Shown piece by piece: positions 8,648 through 17,774 of a stretch of DNA of 39,292 bases (positions are counted from its first letter, which is position 1; each line of letters opens with the position of its first letter). The notes below the pieces were generated by a model. The model did no database searches. It was not told where the DNA came from and saw only the letters and a list, made by a program, of their open reading frames with translations. This stretch comes from a bacterium (GTDB lineage: Bacteria > Thermosulfidibacterota > Thermosulfidibacteria > Thermosulfidibacterales > JALWSI01): assembly GCA_027080315.1 (NCBI GenBank), contig JALWSI010000222.1, positions 1 through 39,292 of the forward strand, written 5' to 3'. A program made the translations under genes and the position numbers.

Positions 8648-9799
8648 TCAAACCGCCAGGCGGAGTATCTTCTCAATAAGCTCTTTGGTGTACTCCTTGT
8701 AGCCCCAGTGGAAGGCGAGCCTGTTTCCGTTCTCTGCCAAGGCGGGGATGTCGCTCTCTGGGATGCTGGCCTCTGAGAGCCTAACAGGGCACTCAACCCT
8801 CTTCAGCCACCTCTCAAAGGCCTCTATGCCCTCATCAACTCCCTCAACCCCGAAGACCCTGCTGGCAAACCTCTTTATCTCTTCTGCCTTCTCATCCTTC
8901 ATGAGCCTCATCCAAGCAGGCATCACTATGGCCAAGCCCGCCCCGTGGGCAATGTCGTAAAAGGCGCTAAGAGCATGCTCTATTGCGTGGCAGGGAAGCA
9001 TAGGGGCAGCACTCACCCCGCACCAAGTGAGGCCCGAAAGTGCCAAAGAGGAGGCCCACATGAGATCGGCCCGAGCGGTGTAGTCCTCTGGGTTCTCCTG
9101 GGCCTGGGGGGTTCTCTCCACAATGGTCCTCATCAATGTCTCCATGATGCCCTCGGGAATGGGGGAGTTGAGGTCCTCCCTGTTCATGTAAACCTCAAAA
9201 ACATGAGAAAAGGCATCAACCGCGCCGTAGGCCGTCTGATCCTTGGGAACGCTGAAGGTTATGGTGGGATCAAGCACCGAGACCTTGGGAAATAGATAGG
9301 GAGACCTGAAGCCGTATTTTGCCTTCTTCTCCTCGTTGGTGATCACCAACCCCGCGTTCATCTCTGAACCTGTGCCGCATATGGTGAGCACCGTGACTAT
9401 GGGCAAGGCCGCCTTTATTGTCTGGGTGAACTCAAAGAACTCCCACACATCGCAGTCTGCAAGGGCCCCTGCGGCAATGGCCTTGGATTCGTCAATAACC
9501 GATCCCCCGCCCACGGCGAGAACAAGGTCCACCTTCTCTCTTTTGGCCTTCTCAACACCCTCCCGGGTATGGGAGAGCACGGGATTCGGCTTCACCCCTG
9601 AATGTTCAACCCACTCTATGCCAGCCTCTTTGAGGCTATCAAGCACCTGCTGGTAAAGCCCCGTCTTCTTTATTGACCCCTTTCCGTAAACCAGAAGCAC
9701 CTTGCTTCCACCGTACTTCTTAACCAGCTTGCCCAGTTTTTTAACACCGTTCTTGCCAAAGACCACCTCGGTGGGATTCCAGAACACAAACGGCTGCAT
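8648..9799 (-). CDS. Iron-containing (group III) alcohol dehydrogenase, YqhD/butanol-dehydrogenase-like
   Basis: 383 aa. Contains LAVGGGSVIDESKAIA and His-rich metal-site motifs (AFSHVFE, HAIEHALSAFYDIAHGAGLA). Strong SD GGGAGGTGAGGT lies before the ATG. Confidence 0.9.
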   Translation of the reverse strand: MQPFVFWNPTEVVFGKNGVKKLGKLVKKYGGSKVLLVYGKGSIKKTGLYQQVLDSLKEAGIEWVEHSGVKPNPVLSHTREGVEKAKREKVDLVLAVGGGSVIDESKAIAAGALADCDVWEFFEFTQTIKAALPIVTVLTICGTGSEMNAGLVITNEEKKAKYGFRSPYLFPKVSVLDPTITFSVPKDQTAYGAVDAFSHVFEVYMNREDLNSPIPEGIMETLMRTIVERTPQAQENPEDYTARADLMWASSLALSGLTWCGVSAAPMLPCHAIEHALSAFYDIAHGAGLAIVMPAWMRLMKDEKAEEIKRFASRVFGVEGVDEGIEAFERWLKRVECPVRLSEASIPESDIPALAENGNRLAFHWGYKEYTKELIEKILRLAV

Positions 9800-9856
9800 A
9801 CCTCACCTCCCTGAACCTTCAGAGTATCCTCGTCTCCTTATTTTACACCTTTGTTG

Positions 9857-10957
9857 TCACCTTTCAAGAAGAGAGCGGTAGAGGGCTGCGGTTTTGGCAG
9901 CCATGGAACTCAGGGAGAAGAGCCTCATCTGTCTGTCCCTGGCCTGAAGCCCCAGCCTCTTTCTTAACCGGGGGTTTGTAAGCATCCTTGTGATGGATCG
10001 AGAGAGAAGCTCGGCCTCTTTTGGGGGCACCAGAAGCCCGGTAATCCCCTCTTCCATGGCCTCCTCAGCCCCTCCAACCCGGGTGGCAACAATCGGGGTA
10101 CCCATGGCCATGGCCTCAAGGATGGCATTGGAGAACCCCTCTTTGAAAGAGGAGAGCACCATACAGGAGGAAGATTGAAGGATTGAAGGCACATCATCCC
10201 TCACCCCTGCAAATAGCACCCTTTTCAGACCCAAGCTTTCGGCCCTGCCCTTCAGCTCATCCTCCAAGGGGCCTCCACCCACAAGCAACAACCAGGCGTT
10301 GTCAAAACGGGCTTCAATCCCTCTCCAGGCCTTAAGAAGCACCCCATGCCCCTTTTGAGGCACTAAGCGGGCAACACATGAGACCACCTGGGCACCATGC
10401 GGGATCCCCAGCTCCTCAAAAAGGCCATCAGAATCACCCTTTAGCCCTGAGATGAGAACCCCGTTGTGAAGCACAGAAACCTTTTGGGGATCCGCACCGG
10501 TCTCCTCAAGATACTCCCTCCAGACCTCCCGGGATACGGTGATGGTGTGGGTGCGAAAGGGATGAAGAAAGGCATCTGTGAGCCTTTGACGGGATGAGTC
10601 CCAGTGCTGAAGGTTGTGGATATTGGCAATAATCACAGGAACCTGCCCCAAAAGGGCAGCCACAGTCGCAGAGGCATTGGGCCTGTACATGTGGCTGTGA
10701 ACGATCTTGGCCCCCTTCTTTCTCAAGAAAAGGGCAAGCTTCAGCAAGCTCCATGGATGGAATCTCCCCTTGAAGGGGATAAGGGCGACAGGGATTCCAG
10801 CCTTTTCAAACTTTTCTGCCAAAGGACCCCGGGAGTGAATACAGACAACCTCGCAGTCAAACTCCCCTTTAAGCTCCTTGAGCACCGCAAGGAGACGCTT
10901 CTCCACCCCACCCACAGTGAGGTAAGAGATCACCCTGACAACCTTGGGTCTATTCAC
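9857..10957 (-). CDS. Glycosyltransferase family 4 (GT-B)
   Basis: C-terminal EGFSNAILEAMAMGTPIVATRVGGAEE is the GT4 E-x7-E region. The start is ambiguous: GTG 10957 lies 3 nt after the upstream stop, while the track's TTG 10993 overlaps the upstream gene by 44 nt. Confidence 0.85.
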   Translation of the reverse strand: MNRPKVVRVISYLTVGGVEKRLLAVLKELKGEFDCEVVCIHSRGPLAEKFEKAGIPVALIPFKGRFHPWSLLKLALFLRKKGAKIVHSHMYRPNASATVAALLGQVPVIIANIHNLQHWDSSRQRLTDAFLHPFRTHTITVSREVWREYLEETGADPQKVSVLHNGVLISGLKGDSDGLFEELGIPHGAQVVSCVARLVPQKGHGVLLKAWRGIEARFDNAWLLLVGGGPLEDELKGRAESLGLKRVLFAGVRDDVPSILQSSSCMVLSSFKEGFSNAILEAMAMGTPIVATRVGGAEEAMEEGITGLLVPPKEAELLSRSITRMLTNPRLRKRLGLQARDRQMRLFSLSSMAAKTAALYRSLLER

Positions 10958-12080
10958 CAAGCAGCTCCCGGTAGAGGCCTTCCACCTTCTCAACGGCGAA
11001 GCCCTGATCCATCCGCCAAAGGGCCCTTCTGCGGGCTATGGCTCCCATCCTCTTTGAGAGCCTGCGGTTTGCTGCGAAAGGGGAAAGGGCCGCTGTGAGG
11101 GCAGAGGGGTTGTAAGGAGGAATCACCATCCCGGTGTGCAGGTGATCCACCACCTCGCCAATAGCCCCCACCTTGGTGCCCACCATGGGCCTTCCCGCGG
11201 CGTGGGCCTCCAGAGAGACACGGCTTGACCCCTCGGAACCAACAGAGGTAAGCACCATAAGATCCGCAGAGTCCATGAGAGCCGGTACATCAGAGCGGTG
11301 TTCCAAAAAGAGCACCTGGTCTTCAATTCCCAGAACCTTAGCGTGTCTCTCCAAGACGGGGAGCAGGTCCTCCCTCTTTCTACCCACAACAACCGCCTTT
11401 GCATTACCCCAGCTTCTGAGAATAGGCGCCACTCCCTCCAAAAATATCTGAAGCCCCTTCACCGGGGCGTAGCGAGAGATATTGAGGATAAGGATACCCT
11501 CTTCAAGGTCAATCTCTTTCCGAAAGCCATTCCCTCTGTGGCAGGAAGAGAAGCGCCCAAGATCAACCCCATCGTAGATCACCCTGATCTTATCCCGCCA
11601 TGCCTTTTTGTGAAGGTAGGCATCTTTCACAGCGTGGGATACAGCGATAACCGCCTTCAGCCTGTGATGAATCACCTCGTTGAAGGGGTTGCCAGAGAGA
11701 GGAACCGGCACGTGTCTGGTCCTCACAAAGGGCAAAGAAGGGAAGAGAAGTGAGAGAAAAAAACCCAACCAGGTGTCGGGGGAAGAGTGGGTGTGAATAA
11801 TTTGAACCTTATGACTCTTAACGATCCTAAGCAAGCTCACAACGTCTCTGAGCAACCTGCCCAGCCTGCGCAAAGGGGACATGTAAATGCCTGTTACCAC
11901 CTCCACATTGGGGGTCTCCTTGAGCCTCTGGTAGAGATCGCTGCGAGAGAAGCAGACCAGCCCCACCCTGTGTCCCTTACCTGCAAGACCCTCAATGAGG
12001 GCAGCGGTGCTTGCCCCTGTGCCACCCTTGCCACGAATGGCCACCAGGTGAAGCACCTTGAGGCGAGGCTCTTTCTTCAT
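10950..12080 (-). CDS. Glycosyltransferase family 4 (GT-B)
   Basis: 376 aa. N-terminus LKVLHLVAIRGKGGTGAS and C-terminus EGSSRVSLEAHAAGRPMVGTKVGAIGE. ATGA overlap with the upstream GT4. Confidence 0.85.
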   Translation of the reverse strand: MKKEPRLKVLHLVAIRGKGGTGASTAALIEGLAGKGHRVGLVCFSRSDLYQRLKETPNVEVVTGIYMSPLRRLGRLLRDVVSLLRIVKSHKVQIIHTHSSPDTWLGFFLSLLFPSLPFVRTRHVPVPLSGNPFNEVIHHRLKAVIAVSHAVKDAYLHKKAWRDKIRVIYDGVDLGRFSSCHRGNGFRKEIDLEEGILILNISRYAPVKGLQIFLEGVAPILRSWGNAKAVVVGRKREDLLPVLERHAKVLGIEDQVLFLEHRSDVPALMDSADLMVLTSVGSEGSSRVSLEAHAAGRPMVGTKVGAIGEVVDHLHTGMVIPPYNPSALTAALSPFAANRRLSKRMGAIARRRALWRMDQGFAVEKVEGLYRELLGE

Positions 12081-13204
12081 GGCTTCAGGAGCCTCCAGTA
12101 GAGCCGCTTGATCGCTTCAACGGTGCCATCAAGGTTGAAGAGACGCTCAACCCTCTCTCTTCCAGCCTTACCCATGAGACGCCTCTTCTCCTCGCTTTTG
12201 AGCAACCCATCAATGGCCTCTACCAAGGCCTTGGCGTCCCCTGGAGGGACAAGAATCCCTGTACCCTCTGAGACCACCTCTGGAAGCCCCCCTGTTCTGC
12301 TTGCCACCACAGGCCTCTCCATGGCCATGGCCTCTATGGCCACCCTGCCAAAGCCCTCTTTGGCAGAGTGTAAGGAGGGCACCAAAACCACCTGGGAAGC
12401 GGCCATAAGCCTCGGTATATCATGGCGGTTTCCAAGAAAGATCACCCTCTCTCCAACCCTTAGCTCCTGAGCCAGCCCCCTTAGCACCCCGGGCCAGCTC
12501 TGCTCCTGAGCAGAGGCCTCACCGGCGAAGAGAAGATAGGGAGAGGGTTCACTCTTAAGCAGGCTTAGGGCCGTGATTGCCACATCGTGGCCCTTTGTGG
12601 TGTCAACCCTACCAACGAGAAGGAGGATAGGGGACTCTCTGTCTATTCCCAGCTCTTCCCTCACCCCTTCTCCCGTCACCTCACGAGGATTGAAGCAAGA
12701 GAGATCAACCCCGTTGTAGACCACCTCAACAGGTGTATTCTTCAAATCCTTCAAAGAATCGGCAACCGCCTGTGAAACACTGATCACCAGATGGGCATCT
12801 TCCAGCTTGTACTTCTCCACCTTGTCGGGGGTTACGGTGTTTCGGACATGCACCACAACAGGCAGGTTCAGCTTTTTGCCCAGATGCACCCCGTAAGGAG
12901 CATCCCAAAGGGTGTTGCAGTGAACAAGAGACACCTTCTCTACCTTAGCAAGATCCCTCAAGGCCTTGAGGGTGAAGGGCAGCCTGACCCAGTTCTTTGC
13001 TTTGCGCCACATGCCCATGGGTAGAATAGCGTACCTCACCCCTGCATCCTCAAGCTTCTGGGTGAGCACCCCCTCCCCAGAGGTGACCACAAGTGGAGAG
13101 AATGGAGAGAGCTCTCTGTGGCTAACCAGCTGGTAGAGGCTCTCCAAGGCCCCTCCGTAGCGCACCACCCCCTGAAGGTAAAGCACAGAAAGATTCCTCT
13201 TCAT
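12077..13204 (-). CDS. Glycosyltransferase family 4 (GT-B)
   Basis: 375 aa. C-terminal EGFGRVAIEAMAMERPVVASRTGGLPE motif. First of three tandem paralogs. Confidence 0.85.
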   Translation of the reverse strand: MKRNLSVLYLQGVVRYGGALESLYQLVSHRELSPFSPLVVTSGEGVLTQKLEDAGVRYAILPMGMWRKAKNWVRLPFTLKALRDLAKVEKVSLVHCNTLWDAPYGVHLGKKLNLPVVVHVRNTVTPDKVEKYKLEDAHLVISVSQAVADSLKDLKNTPVEVVYNGVDLSCFNPREVTGEGVREELGIDRESPILLLVGRVDTTKGHDVAITALSLLKSEPSPYLLFAGEASAQEQSWPGVLRGLAQELRVGERVIFLGNRHDIPRLMAASQVVLVPSLHSAKEGFGRVAIEAMAMERPVVASRTGGLPEVVSEGTGILVPPGDAKALVEAIDGLLKSEEKRRLMGKAGRERVERLFNLDGTVEAIKRLYWRLLKP

Positions 13205-13250
13205 GGGGATTGTTTAATAACACACCTGCAGAAAAGAGATAAACCTGCAG

Positions 13251-14405
13251 TTAAGCAGGCTCAATCCAGCGTCTCTCTGCAAAGACCGAGTTGCCCAGAA
13301 GGCAGAAGACCTCGTAGGTGATGGTGCCAAGCCACTCTGCAATCTCAAAGACCGAGACTCCGGCCTCCCCCTGCCTTCCCATGAGCACCACCTCGTCTCC
13401 AATCTCAGCCTCTGGCACCTGGAAGAGGTCAAGAAGGGTGAGGTCCATGCACACCGTTCCCACCACAGGGACCCTCCTGCCCCTCACCACCATGAAGCCC
13501 TTGTTTGAGATGCCTCTAAGGTAGCCTGTGGCATACCCCACGGGAACTATGCCCAGAAGCATATCCCTTGGAGCCACAAAGGTTCGGCCATAGCTGATGC
13601 AGCTTCCCTTCTTCACCTGTCTTATCTCAACAAGGCGGGAGGCCACCCTCATGGCCTCCTTCGCCTCCTCAAAGCCCTTCAGCCCCCCGTAGAGCACTAT
13701 TCCAGGTCTAACCAGGGTGTGATGAGACTTAGGATACCAGGCTATGGCGGCGCTGTTGGCAATATGAACCCATCTGGGTCTAAAGCCGGCCCTTTTCACC
13801 ATCTCAACAACAGAGTTGAAGCGAATAAGCTGCTGCTGGGTGTACTCTCTGGCCTCCTCATCATCCACATCCGCCACTGAGAGGTGAGAGAGAAGGCCCT
13901 CTAAGCTGAGTTCAGGATGGGAAGAGATACGGTCAAGAAGATCCCTCAGCTCATCCTCGCCACACCCTCTCCTGCCCATTCCCGTGTCAACCTTCAGGTG
14001 AACCCCCAACCTCTCGCCGCATCTGGAGGCGGCCCGGGCAAGGGCATCAATAGCCTCGCTACAGCTAACAACAGGGGATAGCCTCTGTTTAACCACCACT
14101 TCGGCATCTTCAAGAAAGAACCCACCAAGCAGGATTATGGGCTGGGGGAATCCCGCCTCTCTCAGCTCTACTCCCTCATTGGGCATGGAGACCGCCAGCA
14201 CCTCTGCTCCCTCCTCTGTGAAGGCCCTTGCAGCCTCCACCATTCCATGCCCATAGGCCCCAGACTTCACCACAGCAGCCACCGCAGTGCCAGGAGAGAG
14301 GAGGCTTTTAACCGCCCTCAGGTTGTTGCGAAGAATAGAGCCATCTACCTCTACACTCATCCATCCCATGGGGTGAGCTATACAGCGAGAAAGCGCTTCA
14401 GGCAA
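13251..14405 (-). CDS. alr: Alanine racemase
   Basis: 384 aa. PLP-lysine motif AAVVKSGAYGHG, and W-x-E-V-D near the N-terminus as in Alr. TTG start at 14405 lies 2 nt after the upstream stop. Confidence 0.9.
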   Translation of the reverse strand: MPEALSRCIAHPMGWMSVEVDGSILRNNLRAVKSLLSPGTAVAAVVKSGAYGHGMVEAARAFTEEGAEVLAVSMPNEGVELREAGFPQPIILLGGFFLEDAEVVVKQRLSPVVSCSEAIDALARAASRCGERLGVHLKVDTGMGRRGCGEDELRDLLDRISSHPELSLEGLLSHLSVADVDDEEAREYTQQQLIRFNSVVEMVKRAGFRPRWVHIANSAAIAWYPKSHHTLVRPGIVLYGGLKGFEEAKEAMRVASRLVEIRQVKKGSCISYGRTFVAPRDMLLGIVPVGYATGYLRGISNKGFMVVRGRRVPVVGTVCMDLTLLDLFQVPEAEIGDEVVLMGRQGEAGVSVFEIAEWLGTITYEVFCLLGNSVFAERRWIEPA

Positions 14406-14407
14406 AC

Positions 14408-15595
14408 CTAAGAGAGAATGGTAACAAGATGTGACACGTTAATAGAAAGGTCTTGGGCCAAAAGGGAGCGCTGAATCTGCATAATACAGGCGGGGCAATC
14501 GGTTAACACCAACTCCGCTCCCGACTCTCTGATCCACTCTGCCTTCTCTCTGCCCACCTCAGAGGAGAGATGGGAGAACTCAACCGAGAGGGTACCTCCA
14601 AAGCCACAGCACCTATGGGGGTTCTCCATGGGAGAGAAACGTTCACCCAGCAGCTCCTGAACCAGCTCAGTGGCATCTATCCCCTGGCCTCTGCCCAAAT
14701 GGCAGGGCTGGTGCCAGGTGGCAAGCTTCACCCCTTGGGGCAGGCTTACAGAGAGATCCTCCCTGTGCCTCTGTAAGAGCTCCACAACATCCAACACAGG
14801 GAGAGGGAGGTCATACTCCTTTTTTAGGGTTGAGGCACAAGAGGCGCAGGCGGTGAGAATGAAGTCAGCCCCTGTTGACGAGAAGAGTTCTGTGTTGGCA
14901 GCTATGATGGCCTCTGCCTCCTTACGAAACCCCATGGCCAGATGTGGATGGCCACAGCAGAACTGATCCCGTGGCACAATGCACGAGTACCCCAGTCTGT
15001 GGAGCAATCTCACAGTGGCCTCGGCGATCTGGGGATAGGAATGGTCAATAAGGCAGCCCAGAAAGAGAAGAACCCTTCCTTTGGATCCCCCCGTCTCAAT
15101 CCCACTGAAGGAGTTGCGAAAGGGAGTGGTGGATATAGGAGGCATAAAGAAGCCCTCCTCAAGGAGTTTAGGTATCCTCAAAAGCATACCTCGGGTCCTC
15201 CCATCAGGGGAGATTAAGCCCAGGGGTCCCGCGGTTTTAGCCATAAAGTCCATAGCCCTTGGATGGCTCAGCACCCAGGAAAGGGCCATCTTCCACCTGG
15301 GAGATCCGCCTCTCTCCCTCAGCAACCCCCTGCCCCTCTGGACAATCTCTGTGACGGGTACCTTGTTGGTGCACACATCCTCACAGGCCATACATAGGAG
15401 ACAGGTGTGGAGGATCTCGTAGGCGGTGGCTGAGCCCCTGCAGCCCTCGGTGAGATGCCGGGTTAACACCACCCTTCCTCTGGCAACTGAGGTCTCTTGT
15501 CTAAGCACCTGAAGGGTGGGGCAGACGCTTCTGCACCTGCCGCACCTTACACAGAGGGAGAGAGACTCTTCCCACTGTTCTGCCTTTGAGGTCAT
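14408..15595 (-). CDS. (Fe-S)-binding oxidoreductase subunit, GlcF/HdrD-like (two 4Fe-4S motifs plus two CCG domains)
   Basis: 395 aa. CVRCGRCRSVCP and CLLCMACEDVC ferredoxin motifs. Two CCG signatures (QFCCGHP, HRCCGFGG) with flanking Cys. Confidence 0.8.
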   Translation of the reverse strand: MTSKAEQWEESLSLCVRCGRCRSVCPTLQVLRQETSVARGRVVLTRHLTEGCRGSATAYEILHTCLLCMACEDVCTNKVPVTEIVQRGRGLLRERGGSPRWKMALSWVLSHPRAMDFMAKTAGPLGLISPDGRTRGMLLRIPKLLEEGFFMPPISTTPFRNSFSGIETGGSKGRVLLFLGCLIDHSYPQIAEATVRLLHRLGYSCIVPRDQFCCGHPHLAMGFRKEAEAIIAANTELFSSTGADFILTACASCASTLKKEYDLPLPVLDVVELLQRHREDLSVSLPQGVKLATWHQPCHLGRGQGIDATELVQELLGERFSPMENPHRCCGFGGTLSVEFSHLSSEVGREKAEWIRESGAELVLTDCPACIMQIQRSLLAQDLSINVSHLVTILS

Positions 15596-15604
15596 GGCTA
15601 ACCT

Positions 15605-16228
15605 TTATCGGCTCAGGGTATCAGACCGCCAAGAGGAGAGCACCTCTTTGAGAAGAAGGTAGAGCCTGCGCACAGGGAGTCCCACCACATTGGTGTAAGA
15701 GCCTCTAACCTCCTCCACCAGACAGGCTCCATGCCCTTGAATACCATAGGCCCCTGCCTTGTCCATGGGCTCTCCCGTTGACACATAACGTTCAATCTCC
15801 TCTTCTGTGAGAACCCCGAATCTAACAAAACTCTCTTGAAAGAAGTCCTCTTCTCCCCCTGGATAGGCCACGCACACCCCTGTGATCACCCTGTGCTCTC
15901 GTCCAGAGAGCATCTGCAGCATCTCCACTGCCTCTTGGGGAGTTTCGGGCTTTCCCATAATTCTCTCATCCAACACCACTACTGTGTCCGCACCTATCAC
16001 CAAAGAGTTTGGATAAAGATCAAACACCTCCCTGCACTTCTGAGAGGCGGCCGTAAGAGCGTAATCCTCAGGAGACTGGCCACTATCAGGGCAGGGTTCT
16101 TTTGCAGGAATCACCACCTCAAATCGGGGTAGAATGAGACTTAAAAGCTCTCGCCTACGGGGGGATGCCGATGCCAGGATGAAGCTCACTCCCCCTGGCA
16201 CCGGCAAAAGCGTTTCAGGCAGGCTCAA
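15605..16228 (-). CDS. maf: Maf-family nucleoside triphosphate pyrophosphatase
   Basis: Maf signatures FILASASPRRRELLSLI, GADTVVVLD and KAGAYGIQG. The start is uncertain: TTG at 16228, or a GTG a few codons downstream. Confidence 0.9.
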   Translation of the reverse strand: MSLPETLLPVPGGVSFILASASPRRRELLSLILPRFEVVIPAKEPCPDSGQSPEDYALTAASQKCREVFDLYPNSLVIGADTVVVLDERIMGKPETPQEAVEMLQMLSGREHRVITGVCVAYPGGEEDFFQESFVRFGVLTEEEIERYVSTGEPMDKAGAYGIQGHGACLVEEVRGSYTNVVGLPVRRLYLLLKEVLSSWRSDTLSR

Positions 16229-16249
16229 GGTTCCTTGCCAACTACCTCT

Positions 16250-16588
16250 TTACTTACACTCACACGCAGGCACCCACTCCCAATGCACCTTACACTTTCC
16301 AGGCACAAAACGGGACTCGTAGTGCCCACAACCGCAGCAACACGGATCTGCCACCCAGACACACTCCCAGTGTCCCGGATCGCAGGTGGTAACTGCCTTC
16401 CAGTATCCCCTTACACAACAATCACAACAGTTGCAGCAATTGCAGGTGGTACAACAGGTGGTGCAGGTTGCGACTGCGCAGGTTCCACAGCAGTCACAGC
16501 ACTGCGCCTGTGACGTAGAAACACCCAAGCCAATCACCAAGGCCAGCGCCAAAAGCAGAGACGCCAGAATAGTCGCTCTTCTCCTCAT
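16250..16588 (-). CDS. Exported cysteine-rich small protein of unknown family (112 aa, 24 Cys)
   Basis: ATG is preceded by GAAGGAGGTG with 7 nt spacing. Signal peptide MRRRATILASLLLALALVIGLGVSTSQA. The mature part starts QCCDCCGTCAVATCTTCCTTCNCCNCCDCC. No family recognised. Coding status is inferred from the SD, the signal peptide and operon fit. Confidence 0.6.
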   Translation of the reverse strand: MRRRATILASLLLALALVIGLGVSTSQAQCCDCCGTCAVATCTTCCTTCNCCNCCDCCVRGYWKAVTTCDPGHWECVWVADPCCCGCGHYESRFVPGKCKVHWEWVPACECK

Positions 16589-16676
16589 GCGATACCACCT
16601 CCTTCACCCATCTAATCTTCACCTTTTACCTGCCCTTGCCCCTGCCTTTACAATTATTGAATGCAAAGGTCAAGCC

Positions 16677-17774
16677 CTATTTCCTCAACGGGCCTTTCTC
16701 TCGCCAGATGTTTGAGAGAATGCCAGCAGCGGCATAAGTGACCACCAGCGAGGATCCTCCGTAGCTCATTAAAGGCAAAGGAACCCCAACCACAGGCAAC
16801 AACCCCATGGTCATTCCAACGTTGATGAAGAAGTGGAGAAGGAACATGGTGGCAAGACCTGCCCCCACAAGGCAGCTGAAGCTATCCCTGGCATATCTTG
16901 ATACGGCGTATGATTGCCATATAAAGACAGCATAGAGAAGCAAGAGAAGAACACTGCCCACAAAGCCCCACTCTTCTGCAAATACCGCAAACACAAAATC
17001 GGTGCACTTCTCTGGAAGAAAGTTGAGTCTGCTCTGGGATCCGTGACCGTAGCCCTTCCCCAGAAGGCGTCCTGAGCCTATGGCTATCTTTGACTGAATC
17101 AGGTGATAACCCTTGTTAAGAGGATCTCTCTCGGGATTGAGCACCGCTCTTATCCTGTCCTTCTGATACTCCTTGAGCACCACATCGGAGTTCCAGATCA
17201 CTGGAATACAGAGGGCAAAGACCACCATGATACTCAAAGCGGTCTTGGGACGAACAGAACGGTGAAGCACCATAGTACCAGAGATACCCATCATCACCAG
17301 AGCCGTGCCAAGATCGGGCTGGCTTGCTGTGAGCAGAAAGAGAGGAGCCAGCACCCCAAGGGGTTTAAACAGGGTCACGAAGTTGTAAGGTTGTCTCTCC
17401 TTCTCAATCACCCAGGCAGTGGCAAGCACCAGAGAGATCTTTGCAAACTCAGAGGGCTGAATCTGGAAAATCCCCAAGTTTATACGACGCTGGGCCCCCA
17501 TGGTGGTAACACCTGCAACATCCACTGCCACCAAGAGAAGAACCGACAAGAGGTAAAGAGGACCTGTAAGGCGTCTCCAGGCATCAGAGGGAAGAATCAG
17601 CATGGTGAAATAGGCAGCCAAACCCAACATGTGCCAGAAAACCTGCTTCATAACCAGAGAAGGTGGAGAGACGCTGGATAGGGTAACCAGTCCCACCACT
17701 CCTAAAAGCACCATTGGAATAAAGAGCCTGAAGGGAGGCACCAACCTGCGGAGTAAGGAATCCTGGCTACTCAT
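16677..17774 (-). CDS. rodA: Rod shape-determining protein RodA (SEDS peptidoglycan glycosyltransferase)
   Basis: Multi-TM FtsW/RodA/SpoVE pattern with QPSEFAKI, DFVFAVFAEEWGF and PLPLMSYGGSS. I start it at the internal ATG 17774 (MSSQDS...), which overlaps the mrdA stop by 8 nt, rather than at 17867. Confidence 0.92.
   Translation of the reverse strand: MSSQDSLLRRLVPPFRLFIPMVLLGVVGLVTLSSVSPPSLVMKQVFWHMLGLAAYFTMLILPSDAWRRLTGPLYLLSVLLLVAVDVAGVTTMGAQRRINLGIFQIQPSEFAKISLVLATAWVIEKERQPYNFVTLFKPLGVLAPLFLLTASQPDLGTALVMMGISGTMVLHRSVRPKTALSIMVVFALCIPVIWNSDVVLKEYQKDRIRAVLNPERDPLNKGYHLIQSKIAIGSGRLLGKGYGHGSQSRLNFLPEKCTDFVFAVFAEEWGFVGSVLLLLLYAVFIWQSYAVSRYARDSFSCLVGAGLATMFLLHFFINVGMTMGLLPVVGVPLPLMSYGGSSLVVTYAAAGILSNIWREKGPLRK

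Noticed and set aside
13224-13250. Direct repeat ACCTGCAG ... ACCTGCAG, 19 nt start-to-start, in the 46-nt gap between alr and the first GT4 gene.
   Set aside because: An 8-mer repeat at short range has an appreciable chance expectation, and there is no accompanying promoter or known operator consensus. It is noted only as a possible regulator site.
16235-16715. Two plus-strand ORFs (16235..16513, 92 aa; 16386..16715, 109 aa) overlap the Cys-rich gene, so three frames are open at this locus.
   Set aside because: The openness is a by-product of the TGY/ACN-rich repeat, whose complement GCA/ACA/GGT has no stops. The plus-strand products (QQSQQLQQLQVVQQVV, TTITTVAAIAGGTTGGAG) have no SD, signal peptide or sensible start. 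Only the minus-strand frame has SD + ATG + signal peptide and matches the direction of the flanking operon. A frame-conservation test is still needed.
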